Part shown: positions 54,769 through 64,000 of the stretch, piece after piece | Layout of the letters: the number at the start of each line of letters is the position of its first letter | Numbering within the stretch: position 1 is the stretch's first letter | Source: Elusimicrobiota bacterium | GTDB taxonomy: Bacteria; Elusimicrobiota; Elusimicrobia; UBA1565 | Reading direction: 5' to 3' | NCBI GenBank assembly: GCA_043827405.1 | Contig: JBDRPD010000060.1 | Span: forward strand, 9,301-73,300 | DNA length: 64,000 nucleotides | Position numbers and translations under genes: made by a program | Notes under the pieces: model-generated | Database searches by the model: none | Told to the model about the DNA's origin: nothing | Seen by the model: the letters and a program-made list of their open reading frames with translations, nothing else

Positions 54769-55358
54769 CGTCCTCTCAACTGCGCGATTTCTTCCCTCGA
54801 CTTCAGCTGCCCCAACGCCTCCATGGTCGCGTAGACCATGCTGAAATGGTTGTTGCTGCCGATGCTCTTGGTGAGGATATTTTTTACCCCCGCGACCTCC
54901 AGCACGTTGCGGACACCGCCGCCCGCGATCACGCCGGTTCCCGACGCCGCCGGCTTCATCCACACCTTGCCCGCGCCGTACTGCCCGGTCGTCTCATGCG
55001 GGATCGAGCCGTCGACCAGCGGGAACTGTATCATGTTGCTGCGCGCTCGCGAGCCGGCCTTCTTGATCGCATACTGGATATCCTTGGACTTGCCAAGGCC
55101 GCAGCCCACCTTTCCTTTCATATCGCCGACGACCACGAGAACGCCGAATGAAAAGCGCTTTCCGCCCTTAACCGTTTTGGACACGCGGTTGATCGAGACC
55201 ACCGTCTCCTTGAGTCCCAGCATTTCGGATTCAGTCTGTCGCCGCGGCGGACGTCCGCGTCCGCCGCCGCCGAAACGGCGCTGGCCGCCGGCCGGAGAGG
55301 AACCGGGACGCGCTTGTGCCGCCGGAGCGGGATTTTTACTTTGTGTGTTCTCAGTCAT
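54765..55358 (-). CDS. rpsE: 30S ribosomal protein S5
   Basis: INRVSKTVKGGKRFSF, PA..GTGVIAGG. Confidence 0.97.
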   Translation of the reverse strand: MTENTQSKNPAPAAQARPGSSPAGGQRRFGGGGRGRPPRRQTESEMLGLKETVVSINRVSKTVKGGKRFSFGVLVVVGDMKGKVGCGLGKSKDIQYAIKKAGSRARSNMIQFPLVDGSIPHETTGQYGAGKVWMKPAASGTGVIAGGGVRNVLEVAGVKNILTKSIGSNNHFSMVYATMEALGQLKSREEIAQLRGR

Positions 55359-55371
55359 ACTTGAAAATCTC

Positions 55372-55725
55372 CTAAATCTTGAGCCCGGCGGAACGTGCGG
55401 CATCCGCCACCGCCTTGATGCGGCCATGGTACTGATAGCCGCACCGGTCAAAGACCACCTGCTTGATGCCGGCCCCCAGAGCCTTCTCGGCGATGATTTT
55501 CCCGAGGGCTTTGGCATCCTCGATATTCTTCGCGGCCTTCGTGGAACCCTTCTTCAGCGAAGTGGCGGCGACCAGCGTCTTCCCCTTCGCGTCATCGATC
55601 ACCTGCGCGTACAAGTACTTCAGTGAACGGCGCACGGAAAGGCGGGGCAGGCCGTTCGCCTGCGAGACGATCTTTTTTCGCACCCGCTTCCTTCTATACT
55701 CGAATCTTATCCGCTTATCTTTCAT
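55372..55725 (-). CDS. rplR: 50S ribosomal protein L18
   Basis: PRLSV.RS...YAQVIDD, VVFDR.GY.YHGR. Confidence 0.97.
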   Translation of the reverse strand: MKDKRIRFEYRRKRVRKKIVSQANGLPRLSVRRSLKYLYAQVIDDAKGKTLVAATSLKKGSTKAAKNIEDAKALGKIIAEKALGAGIKQVVFDRCGYQYHGRIKAVADAARSAGLKI

Positions 55726-55737
55726 AAAACCTCTCGA

Positions 55738-56292
55738 CTACTTCTTCACTCCGCCGGCGCCCGCGGCGGTCTTGCCCGCCTTGCGAATAATTCGCTCACC
55801 CGCGTAGCGGATGCCTTTGCCTTTATAGGGCTCGGGCTTGCGGAGACTGCGGAGCTGCGCTGCGACCCTGCCGACGACTTCCTTATCAGCCCCGGAGACG
55901 ACGATCTTTGTCGCCTTCTTGTCGATCTCCAGCTTGATGCCGCTGGGCAGAGCGTATTCCACCGGGTGCGAGAATCCCAGGCTCAGCACCACCTTCTGTC
56001 CCTGCAGGGCGGCCTTAAATCCCAAGCCATGAATCTCAAGGTTCCTGGTGAAACCCTTGTCTACGCCGGTGACGAGATTGGCGATCCGCGCCCGCGCCGT
56101 GCCGTGCAAAGACGATGCGTTCGCTCGCTTGAGTTTAATAAGCAACTGCTTCTCCTTCTGTTCCACCTCAATGAGGTGCGGAAGCTCCCAGCTCAGTTCA
56201 CCCAGAGGCCCCTTGACCCGGATCACTGATCCGTCAATCTTGACCTCGACTTTGTCCGGCAGATTTATCGGTTGTTTTCCAATGCGGCTCAT
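55738..56292 (-). CDS. rplF: 50S ribosomal protein L6
   Basis: MSRIGKQP, KGPLG, PEPYKGKGIRY. Confidence 0.98.
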   Translation of the reverse strand: MSRIGKQPINLPDKVEVKIDGSVIRVKGPLGELSWELPHLIEVEQKEKQLLIKLKRANASSLHGTARARIANLVTGVDKGFTRNLEIHGLGFKAALQGQKVVLSLGFSHPVEYALPSGIKLEIDKKATKIVVSGADKEVVGRVAAQLRSLRKPEPYKGKGIRYAGERIIRKAGKTAAGAGGVKK

Positions 56293-56316
56293 GCTTTTCC
56301 TCTCGAAACCCTGCGG

Positions 56317-56712
56317 CTACCAAATCTGGCAGAGCACTTCTCCGCCGACCTTCTTCTCCTTGGCCTGGCTGTCGGTCAGCACGCCCTGCGATGTGGACAG
56401 GATTGTGACCGCAAATCCCGTGCGCGGACGGGGGATATTGTCGTGGGCGCAGTACTTCCGCAGTCCCGGCCGAGACACGCGTCGCAGTCCCCGGATCACC
56501 GATTCCTTCAGCGGCGAATATTTCAGGAAGACCCGCAGCGTTCCCTTCTTGCGGTCATTGGAGTAGATGGTCTTATAATTGGCGATAAAGCCCTCTTCCT
56601 TGAATATGCGCGCGATCTCCTGCTTCAGGTTGGAGAGCGGTATATCCACGCGATCCTTCTGCTTGGCGTTCGCGTTCCGGATTCTTGTTAGAAAATCAGC
56701 TACATTATCCAT
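56317..56712 (-). CDS. rpsH: 30S ribosomal protein S8
   Basis: D.LTRIRNA, SRPGLR.Y, GGEVLC. Confidence 0.98.
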   Translation of the reverse strand: MDNVADFLTRIRNANAKQKDRVDIPLSNLKQEIARIFKEEGFIANYKTIYSNDRKKGTLRVFLKYSPLKESVIRGLRRVSRPGLRKYCAHDNIPRPRTGFAVTILSTSQGVLTDSQAKEKKVGGEVLCQIW

Positions 56713-56719
56713 TGTTCAC

Positions 56720-56905
56720 CTACCAGGAAGCCTTCGTAACACCGGGGATTTGCCCCTGATGCGCCATTTTACGGAAACAGAGACGGCATAGACCGAAATC
56801 CCGCATATAAGCGCGAGGACGGCCGCACAATTGACACCGGTTGCGATACCGTACCGCGAACTTTTGCGGCTTCTTCAGCTTAGCGACCCATGCGGTTGTA
56901 GCCAT
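56720..56905 (-). CDS. rpsN: 30S ribosomal protein S14 (Zn-binding, type Z)
   Basis: RCQLCGRPR...LCRLCFR...PGV.KASW, 61 aa. Confidence 0.97.
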   Translation of the reverse strand: MATTAWVAKLKKPQKFAVRYRNRCQLCGRPRAYMRDFGLCRLCFRKMAHQGQIPGVTKASW

Positions 56906-56914
56906 AATAAAACC

Positions 56915-57631
56915 CTATCCTTTCTTCTGGCCGTCCCCTTTAAACGGCAGGCCCATGCGGCCAAGGAGATCCAGCCCGTCTTCGTCGGTGCCGGCGGTCG
57001 TAACGAACGTAATATTCATGCCGAGCGCCTTGGGAGACCTCTCAAGATCCACTTCGGAAAAGATATGGTGCTCGCGAAGTCCCAGGTTGTAATTGCCGCG
57101 CCCGTCGAACCCCTTCGGCGGCAGACCCCGAAAGTCGCGAATACGCGGCACGGCGGTGGTAACTAGTCGATCAAGGAATTCATACATGCGGTCGCCGCGC
57201 AGCGTCACGCGAACGCCGATCGGCATACCCTCGCGCAGCTTGAAGTTGGAGATGGATTTTGTGGCACGGCGCACTTCCGGACGCTGACCCGTGATGGCGG
57301 CCAGGTCCTCGCGTGCGATGTCGAGCGCCTGCACATTGTCCTTGGCTTCTGAAACGCCCATATTGACCACGATCTTGGTCAACCGCGGCACCGCGAGCTT
57401 GTTTTTATTATCCGTTTCCTGGAGGACTGCCGGAACCACCTGCTTGAAATAGAAGGTGCGCAGGCGGGGAGGGCCATCCATTTTTTCGACGACACCCGTC
57501 GCCAAATGGTGGACCGCGGCCTTGCCCTTATGCTCCTTCTGCTCCTTGCCCTTCTTATTGGCCTGCTTATGCTTTTCGCCGCGGGCCTTGTCTGCGTCCG
57601 GCTTAGACTTCTCTTTCTTCTTATCTGCCAT
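56915..57631 (-). CDS. rplE: 50S ribosomal protein L5 (Lys-rich N-terminal extension)
   Basis: KIVVNMGV, FKLREGMPIG..VTLRG, PRIRDFRG, FDGRGNY. Confidence 0.96.
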   Translation of the reverse strand: MADKKKEKSKPDADKARGEKHKQANKKGKEQKEHKGKAAVHHLATGVVEKMDGPPRLRTFYFKQVVPAVLQETDNKNKLAVPRLTKIVVNMGVSEAKDNVQALDIAREDLAAITGQRPEVRRATKSISNFKLREGMPIGVRVTLRGDRMYEFLDRLVTTAVPRIRDFRGLPPKGFDGRGNYNLGLREHHIFSEVDLERSPKALGMNITFVTTAGTDEDGLDLLGRMGLPFKGDGQKKG

Positions 57632-57644
57632 ATCCGCTACACCC

Positions 57645-57965
57645 TCAAAGGATGACTTCTCCACAGTCTTCGTTCCGGCAGACGCGCACCCGCTGACCAT
57701 CATTGAGCTTGTCGCATTTGGGCCGGATCGCCCGCTCGCACTTCGGACAGACGAGCATGACATTGGAGAGATGGATCGGCGCCTCCTTCTTCTGGAGACC
57801 GCCGGGCTCGGTCTGGGTCGGCTTCGCATGCTTGGTGACGAGATTGCACTTCGCTATCCACACCCGCTGCTTGGCCGCATCGATCTTTACGACCTCGCCC
57901 TTTTTGCCCTTCTCCTTTCCCGACAGGATCAGGACCGTGTCTTTTTTCTGAATCTTAGCTTTCAT
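57645..57965 (-). CDS. rplX: 50S ribosomal protein L24
   Basis: D.V.ILSGKEKGK.G.V, EAPIH.SNV. Confidence 0.97.
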   Translation of the reverse strand: MKAKIQKKDTVLILSGKEKGKKGEVVKIDAAKQRVWIAKCNLVTKHAKPTQTEPGGLQKKEAPIHLSNVMLVCPKCERAIRPKCDKLNDGQRVRVCRNEDCGEVIL

Positions 57966-57992
57966 AACTTCCTCGATCCTTCCGTAAAAACA

Positions 57993-58361
57993 TTAAACGA
58001 CCTCGGGCGCCAGCGATACGATCTTCAGATACTCCCGGTCGCGCAGTTCGCGCGCGACCGGACCAAAAACCCGCGTGCCCCGCGGTTCGCCCTTATCGTC
58101 GATCAGGCAGGCGGCGTTGTCGTCGAACTTAACGAGCGAGCCGTCGCTGCGCCGCTGGGGCTGCGCCACGCGGATAATGACCGCCTTGACGACATCTCCC
58201 TTCTTAATGGCGCCATTGGGCAGCGCGTCGCGCACGGAGCAAACGATGATGTCGCCCAGGCTTGCGTACCGGCGCCGGCTGCCGCCCAGCACCTTGAAGC
58301 AGTTAAGCTTCCGGGCGCCGGAGTTGTCGGCGACGTTCAGGATGGTCTGCTGCTGTATCAT
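57993..58361 (-). CDS. rplN: 50S ribosomal protein L14
   Basis: [31 protein letters not shown]. Confidence 0.98.
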   Translation of the reverse strand: MIQQQTILNVADNSGARKLNCFKVLGGSRRRYASLGDIIVCSVRDALPNGAIKKGDVVKAVIIRVAQPQRRSDGSLVKFDDNAACLIDDKGEPRGTRVFGPVARELRDREYLKIVSLAPEVV

Positions 58362-58681
58362 GCCGCTGCCTCTTTACTGATCACCGTCGTCCCGACTTCC
58401 AGCCGCTCGGCGGCCTTAATGATCCGCACCAGCCGCCATCGCTTAAGCTTGGACATCGGCCGGGCGCTCATGATTTCCACCCGATCACCCACGTGCGACG
58501 CGTTCTTCTCGTCGTGGACGTAAAATTTGGATCGCCGCCGCACAATCTTCTCATAGCGCGGGTGGCGGACGAGCCGCTGCACGCTCACAACCCTCGTCTT
58601 GCTCGCCTTGTCCGACACCACGGTGCCGACAAAGGCGCGGCGATTGTTGCGCGGCGTCTTGTTTGTAGAATCCGTCGTCAT
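58358..58681 (-). CDS. rpsQ: 30S ribosomal protein S17
   Basis: G.VVSDK..KT, HPRY.K, HDE.N...GD.V, RP.SK.KRW. Confidence 0.97.
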   Translation of the reverse strand: MTTDSTNKTPRNNRRAFVGTVVSDKASKTRVVSVQRLVRHPRYEKIVRRRSKFYVHDEKNASHVGDRVEIMSARPMSKLKRWRLVRIIKAAERLEVGTTVISKEAAA

Positions 58682-58890
58682 GTCCGCTCTCCTTGCACTT
58701 CTTTCTCGCGAATCCACGTGCGAATGCGCGCGATATCTCTTCTCAGCGAGCGCAGCAGCTGCGGGTTGGGCAGCGGCGTTACGCGGTGCTTGAACCGCAG
58801 CTTAAATTGCTTCTCGCGGAGCTGGTTGAGCTCATTACGGAGCTCCTCTACCGGCAAACCCTTCTTGGCGTCTATTTCCTTGGCCTTCAT
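58678..58890 (-). CDS. rpmC: 50S ribosomal protein L29
   Basis: F.LRF......NP......RRDIARI.T; position between rplP and rpsQ. Confidence 0.95.
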   Translation of the reverse strand: MKAKEIDAKKGLPVEELRNELNQLREKQFKLRFKHRVTPLPNPQLLRSLRRDIARIRTWIREKEVQGERT

Positions 58891-58893
58891 GTC

Positions 58894-59304
58894 TTAATCC
58901 CGTGAAACAAACTTGGTGCGTATGGGAAGCTTATGCGACGCGCGCAGAAACGCCTCCCGGGCCAGCTTTTCCGATATCCCCTCGATCTCAAAGAGGATGC
59001 GGCCGGGCTTAACGACAACGACCCAGTGATCAGGGGCGCCTTTGCCCTTTCCCTGCCGGGTTTCCGCGGGGTGCGCCGTTATCGCCTTATCGGGGAATAT
59101 GCGGGTCCAGACCTTCCCCCCCTTTTTGACGTAGCGGGTGATCGCGACACGGCTGGCTTCGATCTGGCGCGCGGTGATCCACTTCGGCTGCATGGCCTTG
59201 AGGCCGAACTCACCGAACGCGATCGTCGTTCCCCGTTTCGCGTTTCCCTTAATCCGCGGCTTGGTCTGCGGCTTGCGAAATTTTACGCGTTTAGGCATCA
59301 ACAT
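58894..59304 (-). CDS. rplP: 50S ribosomal protein L16
   Basis: [33 protein letters not shown]. Confidence 0.98.
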   Translation of the reverse strand: MLMPKRVKFRKPQTKPRIKGNAKRGTTIAFGEFGLKAMQPKWITARQIEASRVAITRYVKKGGKVWTRIFPDKAITAHPAETRQGKGKGAPDHWVVVVKPGRILFEIEGISEKLAREAFLRASHKLPIRTKFVSRD

Positions 59305-59308
59305 AGGA

Positions 59309-60211
59309 CTACTCCTTCTCCGGCGCGTCATTCTCGTCCGCGGTCGGCGGCTCCGGCTCTATTGCGGCGGAGGAAAACTCGTCCCCGACCAGTTGGGCCA
59401 GCGCGGAGGCGGGCAGCTCCGGCATGGACCCGCTCTCGGCCGCATCCGGCGCGGCCGCAAGGCGCGTGGGGGCGCCTTTCGACGCCGCCGGCTTTGCCGC
59501 TTCCTGCGTTTTGACTTCGGCGCTGATCGGAACACCCAGCTGCACCGCCTGCTTCTCCGCCTGCTCGCGCAGCTCCTTGGTGCTGCGGGCGAAGAACAGT
59601 TTTTTGTAGATCCAGACCTTGATCCCGATCTGCCCCATGCTCGTATGGGCCTCGGTCAGTCCGTAGTCAATATCCGCTGAAAACGTGTGCAGGGGAACGC
59701 TCCCCTGAAGCTGCCACTCGCGCCGCGCGATCTCCGCGCCGTTGAGACGTCCCTTGACCTGGATTTTGACGCCCAGGGCGCCGGCCTGCATCGTCCGCTC
59801 AATCCCGCGACGAATCGCACGCCGGTGGTTGATGCGGCGCTCGAGCTGCATCGCGATCGCTTCGCCGACAAGGCGGGCGTCCAGCTCGGGCTGCTTGATC
59901 TCCAAGACATTAATAAACGTCTTGCGCGACGTCAGCTTCTCGATCTTGCTGCGAACCGACTCGATATCCGCACCCCGCTTGCCGATCACCACGCCTGGCC
60001 GCGCGGTATGGATATTCACGCGCAGATAGGAGCCCGCGCGCTCGATTCCGACCCAACTCACCGCGGCGAGGCGGAAGCGCTCGCGGATCAAGGTGCGAAT
60101 CTTAAAATCTTCACCAATCAGGGCAGGCATCTCGCGCAGCGAGAACCACTTTGACTCCCAGTCCTGGATGTAGCCCAACCGGACCGACTTCGGATGGATT
60201 TTATGTCCCAT
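59309..60211 (-). CDS. rpsC: 30S ribosomal protein S3 (acidic C-terminal extension)
   Basis: GHKIHP...[31 protein letters not shown]. Confidence 0.98.
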   Translation of the reverse strand: MGHKIHPKSVRLGYIQDWESKWFSLREMPALIGEDFKIRTLIRERFRLAAVSWVGIERAGSYLRVNIHTARPGVVIGKRGADIESVRSKIEKLTSRKTFINVLEIKQPELDARLVGEAIAMQLERRINHRRAIRRGIERTMQAGALGVKIQVKGRLNGAEIARREWQLQGSVPLHTFSADIDYGLTEAHTSMGQIGIKVWIYKKLFFARSTKELREQAEKQAVQLGVPISAEVKTQEAAKPAASKGAPTRLAAAPDAAESGSMPELPASALAQLVGDEFSSAAIEPEPPTADENDAPEKE

Positions 60212-60212
60212 A

Positions 60213-60572
60213 CTATTTCTCCTGAGCCTGCTTGTCCGATACGATCACAGTGAGATGGCAAACCTTGCGCTTAATCGTCATGGCGCGCCCCATCGGCGCC
60301 GGAAGCACGCGCTTCATCTGTCCCATCGGCCCCAGCCCGGCCCACGCCGACTTAATAAACATCTCGGACGGTGTCAGTTTCTTGCCGGCCTTGACCTGCA
60401 GGTTCGCGACGGCGGACTTCAGCGTCTTTGAGATCAGGGTGACCGCCCGCCGGGCCGTCAACGGCAGCGTCCGCTGGGCCTGCGCGACGGTTTTGCCCCG
60501 AATGCTGTCTAGAACCTGCGCGACCTTCCGGGCTCCGTATCTTTGAAATCTGGCGTGTGCAATCGCTTCCAT
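60213..60572 (-). CDS. rplV: 50S ribosomal protein L22
   Basis: ARK...V.D.IRGK, K.LKSA.AN, KR..P..MGRA..I.....H.T. Confidence 0.95.
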   Translation of the reverse strand: MEAIAHARFQRYGARKVAQVLDSIRGKTVAQAQRTLPLTARRAVTLISKTLKSAVANLQVKAGKKLTPSEMFIKSAWAGLGPMGQMKRVLPAPMGRAMTIKRKVCHLTVIVSDKQAQEK

Positions 60573-60585
60573 GTTCTTTCCTGTT

Positions 60586-60870
60586 TTATTTGAGTTGTTC
60601 TGAGGTCTTCTGCGCGGCGCCGTGTCCGCGGAAGTGGCGCGTAAAGGCGAACTCGCCAAGTTTGTGTCCCACCATCTGCTCGCTGATATAGATCGGGAGG
60701 AATCGGCGTCCGTTGTGCACGCCGAACGTGTGTCCCACGAACTCGGGCACAATCGTGCATGCGCGGCACCAGACTTTTATCATCCTCTTCTCGCCCGCCT
60801 CGTTCATCTTCTGGACCTTGGCTATGAGGTGCGGCTCGACGTACGGTCCCTTTTTTGTTGATCGACTCAT
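60586..60870 (-). CDS. rpsS: 30S ribosomal protein S19
   Basis: [19 protein letters not shown]. Confidence 0.98.
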   Translation of the reverse strand: MSRSTKKGPYVEPHLIAKVQKMNEAGEKRMIKVWCRACTIVPEFVGHTFGVHNGRRFLPIYISEQMVGHKLGEFAFTRHFRGHGAAQKTSEQLK

Positions 60871-60889
60871 GCTTCCTCCCCAATCATCA

Positions 60890-61735
60890 TCACTGCGCGT
60901 TCTGCTTCGCCTTGCGGCGGTCGCGCACGATCATCCAGCCCCAAACCTTCTTCGGGTCTCGGGTCTTCAAGCCTTTCGCCAACTGGTTCCACGGAGAGCG
61001 TGGATGGTTGCCGCCCTTCGATTTGCCGCGGCCGCCGCCCAACGGGTGGTCGCAGGAGTTCATCGCCGTACCGCGCACGTGGGGGCGGCGCCCGAGACGC
61101 CGCCGGCGTCCGGCATTGCCCAGCACGACCGATTCGTTATCGACGTTTGAGACCTGGCCCAACGTCGCCATGCAATTTTCCGGCACCAGCCGAATCTCTC
61201 CGGAAGGCAGCTTGATCTGGGCGTAACCGGCATCCTTGCCCATCAACTGCGCCTGCCCGCCCGCCGAACGCACCATCTGCCCGCCCCGGCCCGCGATGAT
61301 CTCAATATTGTGAATAAAGGATCCGTCGGGCACGCGCGTTAACGGCAAGGCGTTGCCGGTCTTGATCTCCGCGTCGGGCCCAGACATAATCGTCTCGCCG
61401 ACCTTCAGCCCTTCGGGCTGCAGGATATAGCGCTTGTCGCCGTCCGCATAGAAAATCAGCGCGATGCGCGCCGAGCGGTTGGGGTCATATTCGACGGTGC
61501 GGACGGTGCCGGGAACCCCGATCTTATTGCGCTTGAAGTCGATATAACGGTACGAGCGTTTATGCCCGCCGCCGATATGCCGCACTGTAATCCGGCCGGT
61601 ATTATTGCGGCCGCCCGACTTGCGCAGACCCCGTTTAAGGCTCTTCTGCGGCCGGGAAACGGTCAGGTCGGAAAAATCCGAGACCGTCATTTGTCGCCGT
61701 GATGGCGTATATGGTTTAAAAGACTTTACAGGCAT
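60890..61735 (-). CDS. rplB: 50S ribosomal protein L2
   Basis: [39 protein letters not shown]. Confidence 0.98.
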   Translation of the reverse strand: MPVKSFKPYTPSRRQMTVSDFSDLTVSRPQKSLKRGLRKSGGRNNTGRITVRHIGGGHKRSYRYIDFKRNKIGVPGTVRTVEYDPNRSARIALIFYADGDKRYILQPEGLKVGETIMSGPDAEIKTGNALPLTRVPDGSFIHNIEIIAGRGGQMVRSAGGQAQLMGKDAGYAQIKLPSGEIRLVPENCMATLGQVSNVDNESVVLGNAGRRRRLGRRPHVRGTAMNSCDHPLGGGRGKSKGGNHPRSPWNQLAKGLKTRDPKKVWGWMIVRDRRKAKQNAQ

Positions 61736-61745
61736 AATAAGCTCC

Positions 61746-62045
61746 CTACGCTGCTTGCTCCACCAAATCGATCGAGTCACCCTTCTTTAGGGTCACAATA
61801 GCCTTCTTCCAGTCGGACCGATATCCTCCACCGCGTCCGTAGCGGCGGTACTTCCCCGGCACCCGGGACGTCCTCACCCGCGCGACCGTCACCTTGAATA
61901 TATCCTCGATGGCCTGCTTAATATCGCCCTTGGCCGAGGTGCGGGACACTTCGAAGACGTACTGGTTAAACTTTTCCTTCAGCAACGTGCTGCGCTCGGT
62001 CATCACCGGACGCACAACGTGCGAATAGATATTTTTATCCGCCAT
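61746..62045 (-). CDS. rplW: 50S ribosomal protein L23
   Basis: [17 protein letters not shown]. Confidence 0.97.
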   Translation of the reverse strand: MADKNIYSHVVRPVMTERSTLLKEKFNQYVFEVSRTSAKGDIKQAIEDIFKVTVARVRTSRVPGKYRRYGRGGGYRSDWKKAIVTLKKGDSIDLVEQAA

Positions 62046-62060
62046 CTTAATCGCTCCCTA

Positions 62061-62681
62061 CTAGTTCCACTTCGGCGCCAACTTATCGATGGCGCCGCGC
62101 GTTAAAATAATGTTCCGGCAAGCCAGTACCTGATACGCGTTCAGATGCGAGGCCGGAATGATCACCAAGCCGGGGATGTTGCGCGCCGCACGCTTCAGCG
62201 TCGGATCGCTCTGATCGACGACGAACAGCGAGCGCTTATCCGCCTTCAAGACCGTGAGCAGCTCGGCTACTTGGCGCGTCTTGGCCCCATCAAACGCCAA
62301 CTCGTCCACCACGCGCAGGCTCCCGTCCGCGGCGCGCGCGCTCAGCGCCTGCGCCAGCGCCTTCCGGCACTTGGCCCGGGGAAGGTCCACGCGAAACGAA
62401 CGGCAGCGCGGGCCGAATGTCACGCCGCCCGAACGCCAGATCGGAGAGCGGGATGACCCCGCCCGGGCGCGCCCGGTACCCTTCTGCTTCCACGGCTTCT
62501 TGCCGCCGCCGGAAACGTCCGCGCGAGTCTTGGTATGCGCCGTGCCGCGACGCTGATTCGCCAGATACGCGGTGGTGACCTCGTGCAGGAGAGCGGGGTT
62601 CGGCTTCACGCCGAAAGCCTTCTCGGGAAGCTCGACTTTCCCGACCTCCTCTCCCTTCATATTAAAAAGTTTCGTTTCCAT
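62061..62681 (-). CDS. rplD: 50S ribosomal protein L4
   Basis: TKTR..VSGGGKKPWKQKGTGRARAGS.RSP.W..GG..FGP. Confidence 0.98.
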   Translation of the reverse strand: METKLFNMKGEEVGKVELPEKAFGVKPNPALLHEVTTAYLANQRRGTAHTKTRADVSGGGKKPWKQKGTGRARAGSSRSPIWRSGGVTFGPRCRSFRVDLPRAKCRKALAQALSARAADGSLRVVDELAFDGAKTRQVAELLTVLKADKRSLFVVDQSDPTLKRAARNIPGLVIIPASHLNAYQVLACRNIILTRGAIDKLAPKWN

Positions 62682-62699
62682 AACACTCAACCCTCCGCG

Positions 62700-63506
62700 C
62701 TATTTCTTCGCGGATGACTTCTCCACTTTGCCCGCAAAACCGGTCTGCTTCTTGGTCTGTTTAGTCTTGGCGGGGACCTTCTTAAGCTGCTTATTCGTCT
62801 CCCGGACCATTATCAACGAGCCTTTCGGCCCCGGGACCGAACCATTCAGATAGAGCAGGTTCTTTTCCGCGTCGACCAATACGACGGCAATCTTCGTTAC
62901 CATAACGGTCCGATTCCCCATATGGCCGGCCATCCTCTGGCCGGGCAGAACCCGTCCAAGGGAGCGGCGTGAAGCGATCGAGCCCGGCGAGCGCTCCTTG
63001 TCGGACGCGCCATGCGACGCCGTCAAGCCCGCGAACTTATGCCGCTTCATGACGCCGGCGAACCCCTTTCCTTTCGAGGTCCCCTGAACGTCCACATAAT
63101 CGCCCACTGAAAAGCGCCCGGCGAGATCGACCGTCTGTCCGGTCTTGAACGCCTGCGAATCCGGGACCCGAATCTCACGCAGAAACCGCGCCGGCGCGAT
63201 CCCGGCCTTCTTAAACTGGCCGGCATCAGGCTTATTAACGTTCTTCACCTTGCGCGCGCCGTAGGCCAGAAGCACGGAGTTGTAGCCATCCGCGCCGTCG
63301 GCCGATTTTACGCGCATGACGGCACACGGCCCCGCCTTCACGATCGTCACCGACCGGCACTCTCCATCCTCCGCAAAATGCTGGGACATACCCACCTTCT
63401 CGCCCAGAATAAAGCGGAAAGACTCGGGAGCCTTCTCTTCGACCCGGGCTTCAGCCTTCGGCTCGGGCTGCTCTTCTTTCTTCTCTTCTTTTATCTCGTC
63501 GGTCAT
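62700..63506 (-). CDS. rplC: 50S ribosomal protein L3
   Basis: G.K.GM, SKGKGF.G.MKRH, SHG, M.GHMG, G.VPG. Confidence 0.97.
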   Translation of the reverse strand: MTDEIKEEKKEEQPEPKAEARVEEKAPESFRFILGEKVGMSQHFAEDGECRSVTIVKAGPCAVMRVKSADGADGYNSVLLAYGARKVKNVNKPDAGQFKKAGIAPARFLREIRVPDSQAFKTGQTVDLAGRFSVGDYVDVQGTSKGKGFAGVMKRHKFAGLTASHGASDKERSPGSIASRRSLGRVLPGQRMAGHMGNRTVMVTKIAVVLVDAEKNLLYLNGSVPGPKGSLIMVRETNKQLKKVPAKTKQTKKQTGFAGKVEKSSAKK

Positions 63507-63526
63507 GACGCTACCTGTCCGTCCTG

Positions 63527-63853
63527 TTAAAGCTTGATTTCAACGTCTACGCCAGCCGGCAGATCGAGCTTCATCAGCTCGTCGACCGTCCTCGAGGTCG
63601 GGCTTTTCAGCTCGATCAGGCGCTTATGGATGCGCATCTCAAACTGCTCCCGAGACTTCTTATCGACATGCGGCGAGCGCAAGATCGTATACCTTTTGAT
63701 CTTCGTCGGCATCAGAATCGGTCCGGAGATGACCGCGCCCGTGCGGCGCGCCGTCTCCACGATCTTCGCGACGCTGGAATCCAGAATGCGGTGATCGCAC
63801 GCCCGGAGCCGGATGCGGATTCTCTGCGATGTGGCGGTTGATGTTTCAGCCAT
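63527..63853 (-). CDS. rpsJ: 30S ribosomal protein S10
   Basis: [33 protein letters not shown]. Confidence 0.98.
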   Translation of the reverse strand: MAETSTATSQRIRIRLRACDHRILDSSVAKIVETARRTGAVISGPILMPTKIKRYTILRSPHVDKKSREQFEMRIHKRLIELKSPTSRTVDELMKLDLPAGVDVEIKL

Positions 63854-63867
63854 AAGATGACTCCAAA

Positions 63868-64000
63868 TCAGTCGGTAATCTCGCCGACTACGCCGGCGCC
63901 CACAGTATGCCCGCCCTCGCGGATCGCGAAGCGCAGTCCCTGCTCCATCGCGATCGGCGTGATCAGCTCCACCGTGAACTCCGTGCTGTCGCCGGGCATC
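63868..64000 (-). CDS. tuf: Elongation factor Tu, C-terminal part (truncated by window edge)
   Basis: Manual translation ...[43 protein letters not shown]. Confidence 0.97.
   Translation of the reverse strand, partial: MPGDSTEFTVELITPIAMEQGLRFAIREGGHTVGAGVVGEITD

Noticed and set aside
1..64000. Prophage, IS elements, rRNA or tRNA genes
   Set aside because: No integrase, transposase, phage structural gene, terminal repeats or structural-RNA signatures were recognised.

Overview
High-GC (roughly 65%) bacterial chromosomal window. Elusimicrobiota is my inferred, unverified taxonomy. The right 40% (37.6-64 kb, minus strand) is one continuous housekeeping block: partial tuf, then the S10-spc-alpha ribosomal superoperon (no rpmD), running directly into mreBCD-mrdA-rodA-DUF2344-rng-amidase-murI. 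The left 60% is mixed core and accessory: an FHA-GAF-adenylate cyclase, rnd, rlmN, xth, two TRL-like proteins, an ABC exporter, an M16 peptidase, hemE-hemH-hemY, a TPR receptor Ser/Thr kinase, mutSL, queCE, ridA and rho. No rRNA, tRNA, CRISPR array or mobile element was recognised. Most notable observations: (1) an unannotated ~315-nt transcription unit at 29535-29849 (-) with a near-consensus TTGACA-16-TATACT promoter, a 185-nt stretch containing a single A, 12 YGUGG motifs in 27-nt repeats, a structured 3' part and a terminator-like hairpin; (2) a second promoter-driven ~100-nt two-hairpin sRNA candidate after mutL; (3) a Rho whose OB-fold RNA-binding domain is replaced by a GGR/RGG low-complexity tail, encoded in the operon that ends just upstream of RNA (1); (4) a stand-alone bacterial histone with its own promoter, SD and terminator; (5) a tandem PC4-like protein; (6) widespread leaderless-type promoters and a shared palindromic box at a fixed distance from the -10 element; (7) several enzymes with substituted catalytic residues (HicA, YiiX-like, GH-A-like, SolA-like). 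Family assignments come from motif recognition by eye, not from database searches.
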